Shown here piece after piece: positions 23,629 to 30,930 of a stretch of 32,000 nucleotides of DNA. The stretch spans positions 60,001-92,000 of the forward strand of contig JAZDEL010000001.1 in NCBI GenBank assembly GCA_043808785.1. The letters run 5' to 3'. The DNA comes from Candidatus Iainarchaeum sp. (lineage in GTDB: Archaea > Iainarchaeota > Iainarchaeia > Iainarchaeales > JAZDEL01). The notes under the pieces are model-generated. The model was not told where the DNA came from, searched no databases, and worked only from the letters and a program-made list of their open reading frames with translations. The first letter of the stretch is position 1; each line of letters begins with the position of its first letter. Position numbers and translations under genes: made by a program.

Positions 23629-24780
23629 TCATTTCAGCACAGTTCCGAAAACAGGAACCTTCCTCTCCCTCACCGCGCTGTACGCGAACAAATACCCGCC
23701 GGCGCTCCACGCCTGGTAGGCGCCGCCCTGCGCCCTTCCCGTTATCGGGTTTACCCATTCGTTGAATTCCCACTGCGAGTGCGTTCCCAAGCGGTTCGCC
23801 TTTGCAAGGCGCTTCAGTTCCTCTTCCGCTTTTTTGAACTTTCTTGCGGCAACAAGTGCGGAAACGTAAAACCCGCCTATGAACGGCCATATCCCGCCGT
23901 TCAGGTACCACCACGGCTTTGCGGAAAGCGACTGGGTAAAGTACGGCTGCCATTCCGCATCCCCCTTCCTGAGCGCGGGATACATGCACCTTACGGGGTA
24001 AGGGCGGTTTATCCCTTTCCTCTCCACGTACTTCAATATCGCTAGCCCCTTCCCCCTGTCCGCGAGACCGAAATTAATTGCAAGCAGGTTCCCCAATGAA
24101 TCGAACCATGTTCCCTGCTCCACCACGCCGCCGTGGTTCTTCCACATCCACGGGTAATAAAACCCCTTACTGTAATTGAACATCGCCCTGTCGGCGCCCT
24201 TCGGGCCGTTTATTGTTTTCTTTATTTTTTCCGCAAGCATTCCCCTTCCGTAAAGTTTCAGCGCGCAGTAATAAAGCGCCTGCGTATTGAGCACGTGCCC
24301 GTACTTGTGCGGGAAACAGTCCTGCCAGTCGGATGTGGGCTGCTGTTCGGGCATTCCGTCCTCGCCCGCATCCTGGTTCTTCAGCCAGAGGAAGGCGCGC
24401 TCGATGTTATCCGCGTGCTTCCTCACAAGCGAGCCGTCGCCGAAAGCATGCGCATAGGCGTGCTCCCCTATCAGGAACCATAGTGTTGAATCAATTGTCG
24501 CGAACGTTACCTGCTTCCTCCTCTTCGGCTCGAACAAATCCACGCAGTTGGGGATTTGCCCAAGTGCGCTTTGGTGCTTTGCAAGTGTTTCAATGCTTCC
24601 CCTGAAAACGCGAGAGAATTTTTTCTCATACAGCGAGGCGCCGAGCATGGTTATCATGCTGTCCCTTGCCCAGACAGACGTATAGCCGCCCTTATCGCCC
24701 GAAGCGAACAGGCCGTTTGGCGTTACGCACTTTTCAATGGCTTCCACAGCCCTCTCCGCTGCCTCGTTTTCGATGTTCAT
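23629..24780 (-). CDS. (alpha/alpha)6-barrel glycosidase, glycogen-debranching-enzyme C-domain / neutral-invertase-like
   Basis: GGYTSVWARDSMITMLGASL, PTSDWQDCF and WPFIGGFYVSAL resemble GDE_C/GH100-type motifs. Confidence 0.7.
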   Translation of the reverse strand: MNIENEAAERAVEAIEKCVTPNGLFASGDKGGYTSVWARDSMITMLGASLYEKKFSRVFRGSIETLAKHQSALGQIPNCVDLFEPKRRKQVTFATIDSTLWFLIGEHAYAHAFGDGSLVRKHADNIERAFLWLKNQDAGEDGMPEQQPTSDWQDCFPHKYGHVLNTQALYYCALKLYGRGMLAEKIKKTINGPKGADRAMFNYSKGFYYPWMWKNHGGVVEQGTWFDSLGNLLAINFGLADRGKGLAILKYVERKGINRPYPVRCMYPALRKGDAEWQPYFTQSLSAKPWWYLNGGIWPFIGGFYVSALVAARKFKKAEEELKRLAKANRLGTHSQWEFNEWVNPITGRAQGGAYQAWSAGGYLFAYSAVRERKVPVFGTVLK

Positions 24781-24838
24781 CCAAATCCCGAGTATTGTGT
24801 GTTAGGTTATATAAATGGCTTTTCCCTGGCGCCGCGCG

Positions 24839-25795
24839 CTAGGCGGCCATCAGTTCCTCGGCGCCGAACATGACCGCAAGGAAAAAAAAGTAAAGGATGG
24901 CGAGGTATGCCCCCTCCTCCTTCGACAGCCTGTTTTCGGAGTGCGACATGATAATCAGGGTAAGCATCGAAAAAACCATCAGGAAGGCGGTCATTATTAC
25001 CAGCAGGGGGTACTGCGGCTTTATGGGCGATATTACCGCAATCAGCCCGAGCGTGAGCAGGCAGTCGGCAAAGACGTTCCCGAAAACATCCCCCAGCCCG
25101 AGGTCGCCGTGTTTTTGCCTGGCGGCATTGAATGCCAGGGTCAGTTCCGGAAGGCACGTGCCTACCGCAACAACCGAGCCCACGAAAAAGATGGGGAGAG
25201 AAAGGGCGGAGCTGAACCATTTTGCGGAGCCCGTTATTATGTGTGCGGAAAAAATCAGCACGCCGACGCTGAAAATCAGCACCATCAGCTCTTTCCGGAC
25301 CGCAACCCTGCCGTGCTTCGGGCAGGCCGCCCCGCCCCCGGACTTTTTCCTGAGCAGCAAAAAAAGATAGACGAGGAAAGATGCCAGCAGCGCAAACCCG
25401 TCAATCCTCGACAGTTCCCCGTCCAGAAGCAGGATAAACGGCAGCGCAATGAAGGGGAGCAGCTTTTTTATGTCCCTGAAGCTGCTGTCGTGCACCCTTA
25501 CGCCGCCGGCGGCCAGGGCGACAATGCCGACGATAATCGTGAGGTCCGCTATGTTCGAGCCTATGACTATTCCCGCGCCGAAAGAAGGGCTCCCTTCCAG
25601 GGCGGAAATAATGCCTATGAAAAGTTCAGGGAACGTTGCGACAATCCCCACAAACAAAAAACTGACGACGAATTCGGAGAAGCCCCAGTGCCCGGCAAGG
25701 GTTATTATTCTTTTTATGGATTCGGAAGCCGACTTTGACAGCAGGATGAATCCTATTAAAATGGCCGCCGCATTCAAAAAAAAGGCACCAAGCAT
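24839..25795 (-). CDS. Ca2+/cation antiporter (CaCA family), second divergent paralogue
   Basis: Alpha-repeats GAGIVIGSNIADLTIIVG and GLGDVFGNVFADCLLTLG. Confidence 0.85.
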   Translation of the reverse strand: MLGAFFLNAAAILIGFILLSKSASESIKRIITLAGHWGFSEFVVSFLFVGIVATFPELFIGIISALEGSPSFGAGIVIGSNIADLTIIVGIVALAAGGVRVHDSSFRDIKKLLPFIALPFILLLDGELSRIDGFALLASFLVYLFLLLRKKSGGGAACPKHGRVAVRKELMVLIFSVGVLIFSAHIITGSAKWFSSALSLPIFFVGSVVAVGTCLPELTLAFNAARQKHGDLGLGDVFGNVFADCLLTLGLIAVISPIKPQYPLLVIMTAFLMVFSMLTLIIMSHSENRLSKEEGAYLAILYFFFLAVMFGAEELMAA

Positions 25796-25830
25796 TTGAC
25801 GACCGCCACATAAAACAGCGTTTTCTAAGG

Positions 25831-26259
25831 CTAAGGCCTGAAATATTTGCTGCCTTTCTCGACCAGGCCGTATAAAAGCTCGAAGCAGTCGAGCGCGGCA
25901 ACGACTTTTCCGCCCCTGCAGACCGGCAGGTCCTGCAGCTTGGCTGCGGCCGCCGCACGCAGCGCATCCTCCAAATCGTCATCCGGGGAAACGGCAATGA
26001 CGGGCTTCATTATGTCCGTGGCAGTCATGCCCTTCTTTTTTTCAAACCATTTTGTGATTCTGGGCTTCATCTCGTCGAAAATTTTTTCGAAGATGTCCTG
26101 AATCGTTATTGCCCCTATGAGCCGCCCCTCACCGTCCACAACAAATACGGTCCTGGTTTGCTTGTTCTCGCCCATCGCGGAAATGACCTTTTCAATAGAA
26201 TCGCCCGCAAGGGCCGTGCCGACAAAATCGTTTTCCCCGCATACGTCACTTACCTTCAT
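25831..26259 (-). CDS. CBS domain-pair protein
   Basis: 142 aa with two CBS-like repeats (..RTVFVVDGEGRLIGAITIQDI.. and ..LQDLPVCRGGKVVAALD..). TATA-like TTTATAAA at 26291-26298. Confidence 0.8.
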   Translation of the reverse strand: MKVSDVCGENDFVGTALAGDSIEKVISAMGENKQTRTVFVVDGEGRLIGAITIQDIFEKIFDEMKPRITKWFEKKKGMTATDIMKPVIAVSPDDDLEDALRAAAAAKLQDLPVCRGGKVVAALDCFELLYGLVEKGSKYFRP

Positions 26260-26383
26260 GCCGCATCACCTGAAATAATACGCTTTTCCCTTTATAAAAC
26301 ATAATAGTGGCTCGCCGCCGGTTACGGGGGGCAGCGAAACCCGCAAGCGTTATTTTTTAATATGCCACTGCCACCATTTATAC

Positions 26384-26447
26384 GGGCAATGATGACGTTA
26401 ACACCGACCGAGCGCAAGCTGTGACGAATTAACTCAACTCTGAGCCC
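26384..26447 (+). ncRNA. candidate C/D-box sRNA (2'-O-methylation guide)
   Basis: Layout: gggc-a-ATGATGA(C, 26389-95)-12 nt cgttaacaccga-CCGA(D', 26408-11)-9 nt-GTGACGA(C', 26421-27)-12 nt attaactcaact-CTGA(D, 26440-43)-gccc. The terminal 4-bp stem is GGGC/GCCC. AT-rich TTTTTTAATAT lies about 25 nt upstream. Intergenic, on the strand opposite both neighbouring genes. Confidence 0.6.
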
Positions 26448-26471
26448 ACCTTGCAAAGCGGAACCGCAGAA

Positions 26472-27638
26472 TCAGCACTCGACAGAAACTATGCAGCCCT
26501 GCCCGTCCTTCTGCGGAGTTATCTCATTTCCCTGCACTCCCTTATTAAGGCAGTCAATAACCTGCTGGACGAGTTCGTCGCTTGGCTCTTGGCACTGTTC
26601 AGGCTGGCTCTTTATTATATTCATTCTAATTGCTTCCTGGTCGGACAGGCACTTGTAAGCCGTGATGCAGTTGTCCTTGTCCCTTACCTCCTGCACCGTC
26701 TTCCCTGCGCTGTTGCAGGCGTTCCTTTCCTCATCTGTCATAAATACGGGCTTCCCGCAGGAAGCGGCCCCCATGCATTGCGGATATAGAGGCACGCCCG
26801 ATGCTTTGTTCTCAAGGCTCCTCAGTTCGGCGCCGCTTTCCCACTCCATCTTCGGCATGGAAATCGAAACAGTGTAGGGCAGGCCTATCTCGCTGTCCGT
26901 GCCGCTAACGCAGTAAACAATCTCGCCCCTGAAGCCGCTGTTGCCCTTCACGTTCACGCTGAAGTCCGTGCACGGCACGCTGTAAGCATTTGAGGCGCCT
27001 TTTTTTATCATGGAAACGCTCCCCGCAATATCGCCGAAATTGGTGCCCGTATAGTAAACATCCTTTAGCAGGGTCGGGATGTCCGCTTCCCAGATTTCCC
27101 GTGAGCTTAGGTTTTTCCCGCCGCCGGCAACTATCGAGTTAAGCTGCGTCAGCAGGGCCTGCCCCGTCTTTCCGGGCTTGGCATCGTCGAACGCAAGCTC
27201 GGACTTGTCAATCCAGCCTGAACTGCCGAACTCGCCGTTGTCAAGGTAGAGCGTAAATTTTGCCCAGGGCATATTTTCGGAACTCTTGCCTTCGTTATAG
27301 GAGGTCATTACGCCCGCAACCGCATCCCTCCCCCCGCACTTAATCTCCTTCTCAAGGTAATAGACAACGTACATGTCAAACTTCTCATCCCCCTTCTCTC
27401 CCTTGTACATCGGCACAACGTATGTAAAGGCAAGCGGCAGTTCGATTTCGACCTTCTCCGTAACCTCGCCCCCGGAAGGAACCGCTTCCCCGCCCCCTGT
27501 AGCCCCCCCGCCCTCCGGCGCCGGGCCAACCTCCGGCCCCGCGGCAGCGCCAGTATCTGCCCCCTGCTGCCCGGGAATCCCCGCACAGCCGCACAGCAGA
27601 ATAAGCGGAATAACCGCGGCAAACCACATGCATCTCAT
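26472..27638 (-). CDS. secreted/lipobox surface protein, Gly/Pro-rich linker, Cys-rich C-terminus, unknown function
   Basis: The signal MRCMWFAAVIPLILLCGCAG is lipobox-like. It is followed by a low-complexity linker and 9 Cys in the last ~110 aa. Confidence 0.65.
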   Translation of the reverse strand: MRCMWFAAVIPLILLCGCAGIPGQQGADTGAAAGPEVGPAPEGGGATGGGEAVPSGGEVTEKVEIELPLAFTYVVPMYKGEKGDEKFDMYVVYYLEKEIKCGGRDAVAGVMTSYNEGKSSENMPWAKFTLYLDNGEFGSSGWIDKSELAFDDAKPGKTGQALLTQLNSIVAGGGKNLSSREIWEADIPTLLKDVYYTGTNFGDIAGSVSMIKKGASNAYSVPCTDFSVNVKGNSGFRGEIVYCVSGTDSEIGLPYTVSISMPKMEWESGAELRSLENKASGVPLYPQCMGAASCGKPVFMTDEERNACNSAGKTVQEVRDKDNCITAYKCLSDQEAIRMNIIKSQPEQCQEPSDELVQQVIDCLNKGVQGNEITPQKDGQGCIVSVEC

Positions 27639-27658
27639 GTGAGGTTATATGCCCTAAC

Positions 27659-27669
27659 TTGTATTTAAT
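27659..27669 (-). promoter_or_regulatory. TATA-like box (minus strand ATTAAATACAA) for the 26472..27638 gene
   Basis: Lies 21-31 nt upstream of ATG 27638. The identical 11-mer occurs at 27865-27875 on the plus strand. Confidence 0.45.
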
Positions 27670-27690
27670 ATTTTGCAATCCGCAGGCTCT

Positions 27691-27838
27691 GTAGAAATCC
27701 TTTATAAAACCCAAAAATCGGGTTCGCAAAACCCGGCAAACCGCCCTATTTTGCCTTTCGGCAAAATGGGCGCAATTGGCGAGAGCCAATTAGCGCTGGT
27801 TTGCGGCGGTTTGTTTTTTTGGTTTTGAGGATTTCTAC
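27691..27838. repeat. 148-bp unit bounded by perfect 11-bp inverted repeats (GTAGAAATCCT / AGGATTTCTAC) and flanked by a 12-nt direct repeat with 1 mismatch (27676-27687, 27845-27856)
   Basis: Read directly from the sequence. The unit contains twin-hairpin copy A. Confidence 0.6.
27737..27820 (+). repeat. twin-hairpin element, copy A (closing 9-bp stem, two hairpins, T7 tail); possible small structured RNA or leader
   Basis: P1 27737-45/27805-13, hairpin 1 27748-67, hairpin 2 27770-96 with a bulged A, and T7 at 27814-20. TTTATAAA at 27701-08. Confidence 0.5.
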
Positions 27839-27864
27839 ACGGCACAATCCGTAGGCGGAGGCTT

Positions 27865-27875
27865 ATTAAATACAA
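27865..27875 (+). promoter_or_regulatory. TATA-like box ATTAAATACAA for the beta-helix protein gene
   Basis: Lies 21-31 nt upstream of ATG 27896. Confidence 0.45.
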
Positions 27876-27895
27876 TTAAACTTATAATCTGGCAA

Positions 27896-29080
27896 ATGGC
27901 GGGGAACAAAAACAAAAGGTTAATTCCGGCAGGCAAAAACAAAAAATTAATTTTAGCGGCAATAATTATTCCGGTTTTCTTAGCAGCGGCCCTTTCCGGC
28001 TGCATAAAGGAAACGCCAAAATTCGGCGAGGAGGGGGGCATTGAACTGGCCCATATTGCGGGAAGCAAGGAGGCTGTTGCGCAGGAGGGGGCTGCGCCTG
28101 CGGAAGAAAAAGAATGCGAAGTTAAAGAAGACTGCCCTGACAGGCTTTGCCTTGAAAAGGCATGCGTCGATTACAAGTGCCCTTATTCCGAAACAACCCC
28201 CTGCTGCGGAAACGGGAAATGCGAGCCCGGGGAGACTTACAAAGAATGTGCAGGCGACTGCGTAAAAACAGGCCGCTTCAGGGAATCCGAAGTGTGGGGC
28301 GGGACAATCCATGTCACCGGCGACATATGGGTTGAAGAGGGGGCAACCCTGACCATACTGCCCGGAACGGTTATTGAAGTTGCCGCCATGAGCGATGACC
28401 AGCACGGCGGGGCAGACCATGCCCGTGACCCGCCGTTTCCGAATGACCCCGACAGGATTGAAACACGTAGCACAAGGATTTTTGTGGGGGGAATATTGAA
28501 CGCAATCGGGACGCCAGATAACAGGATCCTCTTTACTTCCGACAGCAAAACCCCGACAACCTATGACTGGGATGGCCTGAGCATCAATCATGGAAAACTG
28601 GAGTATGCAATTGTCGAGTATGCCAGGTATAACAATTTTCAGCATTCCTCCGATGTTGTAGTGGCCAACAGCACCTTCAGGAATATGCTGGAATGCTGCA
28701 TTTGCATCGGCCACAGCGGGGCAATCAGCCCGCAGATACTGCACAATGACATTTACAACTGCGGCCATGAATGCATCGATTATGCCGGCGGCTCCGCCCT
28801 GATAAAGGGCAATCATTTCCATCTCGAGAACCCGGAGATACAGCCGGACCCTTCAAGGGGAGGGAACGGAATTATTGTATACAGGAATGCATATCCCGCC
28901 ATTGAAGACAATGTTTTCGAGAAACATTCAAGGGCAATATTCTTTCTTGACAACTCCCTCAATGAAGAAGAGCCCGGAAATCGGGTTATTGTCAGGAACA
29001 ATACGATGAAAAGCAACGATATGGGCATCGATATAGACCCGGGTTACCCGGCCGATGCAATTATTATGGAAAACAATTAA
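27896..29080 (+). CDS. lipobox surface protein with Cys-rich module and right-handed parallel beta-helix repeats
   Basis: FLAAALSGC lipobox. Cys-rich CEVKEDCPDRLCLEKACVDYKCPY..CCGNGKCEPGETYKECAGDC. Repeated beta-helix-like segments (NSTFRN, IGHSGAISPQILHNDIYN, IKGNHFH, VRNNTMKSNDMGIDI). Confidence 0.75.
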   Translation: MAGNKNKRLIPAGKNKKLILAAIIIPVFLAAALSGCIKETPKFGEEGGIELAHIAGSKEAVAQEGAAPAEEKECEVKEDCPDRLCLEKACVDYKCPYSETTPCCGNGKCEPGETYKECAGDCVKTGRFRESEVWGGTIHVTGDIWVEEGATLTILPGTVIEVAAMSDDQHGGADHARDPPFPNDPDRIETRSTRIFVGGILNAIGTPDNRILFTSDSKTPTTYDWDGLSINHGKLEYAIVEYARYNNFQHSSDVVVANSTFRNMLECCICIGHSGAISPQILHNDIYNCGHECIDYAGGSALIKGNHFHLENPEIQPDPSRGGNGIIVYRNAYPAIEDNVFEKHSRAIFFLDNSLNEEEPGNRVIVRNNTMKSNDMGIDIDPGYPADAIIMENN

Positions 29081-29152
29081 TCGGCAATCAAAAAGGCGAG
29101 GCATTTTGCGGCACGGTTTTCTTTCGGGGCAGCCTGTGCCTCAGTTTCAGCC

Positions 29153-29224
29153 CCCCTGTTTTGGCCCGCGCCAAAACGGGCGCAATTGGGCAACGCCCAA
29201 TTAGCGCGGTTCGTGTTTGTTTTT
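29153..29224 (+). repeat. twin-hairpin element, copy B (in the 3' region of the beta-helix gene)
   Basis: Hairpin 1 29158-77, hairpin 2 29180-29207 with a bulged A, and a GTTTGTTTTT tail at 29215-24. About 75% identical to copy A, and stem differences are compensated. Confidence 0.5.
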
Positions 29225-29286
29225 GCCGCAGCCATGCGAACCATTGCCGCGTGTTTGTGCATGTGTTCCTGCCCGCGGCTGGGCGC

Positions 29287-29305
29287 AATAAAAATAAAAA
29301 AGAAA
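29287..29305 (-). terminator. oligo-T tract (minus strand TTTCTTTTTTATTTTTATT) downstream of the CxxC ribbon gene
   Basis: A-rich run on the plus strand, about 45 nt after the stop at 29350. Confidence 0.4.
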
Positions 29306-29349
29306 CAGAGAATTACACAATTGCTTCCGGAAATAACCGACGTTAATAA

Positions 29350-29514
29350 TCAGTAGTTCCTGTCGCGTCCCCTCGAGGGCTTCTTGTGTTTCATGTAGCA
29401 GTCGCGGCAATATACAGGCCTCGTTCCGTCGGGCTTAAAGGGGACTTCCGTCTCCTGTCCGCACTCGGAGCAAGTTACCTTGAACATCTGCCTGCCGAAT
29501 CTGTCTTCAGCCAT
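29350..29514 (-). CDS. CxxC-x17-CxxC zinc-ribbon protein (54 aa)
   Basis: My own translation; the ORF is below the track's size cutoff: MAEDRFGRQMFKVTCSECGQETEVPFKPDGTRPVYCRDCYMKHKKPSRGRDRNY. GGTGA lies about 10 nt before the ATG. The FKVTCSECG...EVPFKP...RPVYCRDCY pattern matches the CxxC-x17-CxxC domain family. Confidence 0.7.
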   Translation of the reverse strand: MAEDRFGRQMFKVTCSECGQETEVPFKPDGTRPVYCRDCYMKHKKPSRGRDRNY

Positions 29515-29703
29515 TTTGTTTTTTCACCTTTTTTTTCGATATATTAGCCCTCCCCGAGGGGCGGGCCAAGTTAGATAATTCCTATAATGATGGGTTTATA
29601 AAGGGGAACTAGTTTGCCAGAATTCCGCCTTAATCTGCCTTTTTGAGCCTACTGCGTGCGGGCAGCGAAACCGTTAAATAACCCAAGAGCGCATTATTCA
29701 CCC

Positions 29704-30387
29704 ATGCCGGAACAGTGTGTTCTCAATTTCAGCCCCGCGGACAAGCCTGCAATATCGGGCTTCATGCTGCGCTTCCCCCCCGCGGAAACCAAAACACAGT
29801 TCGAGGAGTCCAGGGTTAAGGCGGGGGGATGCACAATCACGCTTTACACTTCGGGAAAGGTTGTTATTCAGGGCGAGGGCTGCGAGAAACTGAAGGGCGC
29901 GCTGCTCGCCGAACTCGGCAACTCGAACGAACTTGTACTTGGCATTGACGAAACAGGCCGCGGGGAGAAAACAGGGCCTTTTGTAATTTCAGCGGCGCTC
30001 GGCGAAACCGCGAAACTGCGCGAACTTCGGGACAGCAAGAAGACGAGGGATATCGCGGGGAAGTACAAAACCGCAACCGCGAATTCGCTTGCGAACGCAA
30101 CGCTGAGCCTCAACGCGGAAATGCTCGCGCGTTTGCACGCGCGTGGGATAACCCTCAACAAAGCGGAGGAAATTTTCATCGACAGCGCAGCCGAGTTGTT
30201 CTCCTCCCTCGGCGAAAAAACAAAAACAAAGGTCGATGGTTCGCCGATGAGGGTTCGCACGAAGAATGCCGAGTTCATTGTAAAGGGCGACGACAAGGAG
30301 CCGGTGATAGGCGCCGCGAGCGTGATTGCGAGGCACGTTCGGGATATTTCAGGGGACAAGCGGAAAAGGAAAGGGTGGGGGAACTGA
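29704..30387 (+). CDS. RNase HII/HIII-fold ribonuclease with RNase HIII-like N-terminal (TBP-like) domain, unusually short (227 aa)
   Basis: N-domain GGCTITLYTSGKVVIQGEG. Catalytic GIDETGRGEKTGPFVISAAL, RDSKK and KGDDKEPVIGAASVIARHVRD. TATA-like TTAAATAA lies 23-30 nt before ATG 29704. Confidence 0.7.
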   Translation: MPEQCVLNFSPADKPAISGFMLRFPPAETKTQFEESRVKAGGCTITLYTSGKVVIQGEGCEKLKGALLAELGNSNELVLGIDETGRGEKTGPFVISAALGETAKLRELRDSKKTRDIAGKYKTATANSLANATLSLNAEMLARLHARGITLNKAEEIFIDSAAELFSSLGEKTKTKVDGSPMRVRTKNAEFIVKGDDKEPVIGAASVIARHVRDISGDKRKRKGWGN

Positions 30388-30393
30388 CAGCGC

Positions 30394-30930
30394 TCAGTTG
30401 CGCTTGCCTTTTCCGATAAATTTCCCAACCGTTCCGAGCAAGTATTTCATATCCCCCTCTGTGAGGTCGAAAAGGCGCTTGCACGCCTCCTTGTTCTTGC
30501 TCACGGTTTCATAGCGGTCTGGCAGAATTTCGGAATACCTGAACAGGTTGTTAACCCCAAAAATCAGGTCGTTAAGGTCTAGTGCCAGGGCGCACTCAGG
30601 GTATTCCTTTCGCGCATCTTTCTCATAAAACATAAATTTATTTGAAATTTCGCGGGGCATAAGCCTGCGGAACATCATAACCCGCTCAAGCCTAATTATT
30701 CTTTTTTGGGCAGGGGTAATTTTCCCTTCATTTGCCAACTTTTTCAGTTCATAGATGTCGCCGAATATTCCGTGTTGCCTTATGTGCCGTTCCAGGAGGC
30801 GTTCAATCCTGTCCATTTTTCTGGAAAAGCCTATGTCTGCGGGTTTTCCCGAAAGTGCGATGTGCATCTTCGCCAAAATATTTGCTGCGAATTTTTGCCC
30901 GATTGTGTCGGCATCGGAACGGCTAAGCAC
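30394..30930 (-). CDS. hypothetical protein (178 aa), no motif recognised
   Basis: ORF with coding-like composition. Confidence 0.5.
   Translation of the reverse strand: MLSRSDADTIGQKFAANILAKMHIALSGKPADIGFSRKMDRIERLLERHIRQHGIFGDIYELKKLANEGKITPAQKRIIRLERVMMFRRLMPREISNKFMFYEKDARKEYPECALALDLNDLIFGVNNLFRYSEILPDRYETVSKNKEACKRLFDLTEGDMKYLLGTVGKFIGKGKRN

Noticed and set aside
24815-25738. 307-aa plus-strand ORF
   Set aside because: It is the antisense shadow of the second CaCA antiporter. The sequence is extremely Arg/Gly/Gln-rich and has no hydrophobic helices.
27717-27734. CGGGTTCGCAAAACCCG as a tRNA T-arm
   Set aside because: It is a 6-bp stem with a 5-nt loop only. No acceptor, D or anticodon arms can be drawn around it. 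No tRNA was found anywhere in the window.
27659-27875. Outer 11-bp perfect inverted repeat TTGTATTTAAT / ATTAAATACAA as transposon ends
   Set aside because: Each copy sits at the TATA position of a divergent gene, and TTAAATAC-like boxes recur at other promoters in the window (for example 8571 and 29674). It is best explained as two promoters.
27980-28822. 280-aa minus-strand ORF
   Set aside because: It is the antisense shadow of the beta-helix surface-protein gene.
27737-29224. Twin-hairpin copies as integron attC sites flanking a gene cassette
   Set aside because: The bulged imperfect hairpins flanking one ORF are reminiscent of attC sites. However, I find no RYYYAAC/GTTRRRY core sites at the hairpin bases and no integrase in the window, and copy A carries its own TATA box and terminator-like tail. 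This remains a remote alternative to test if an intI-like gene exists nearby.
26329-29672. Exact 13-mer GGGCAGCGAAACC at 26329-26341 and 29660-29672
   Set aside because: Several exact 13-mer matches are expected by chance in 32 kb (my rough estimate is about 5-10), and the flanks do not align convincingly.
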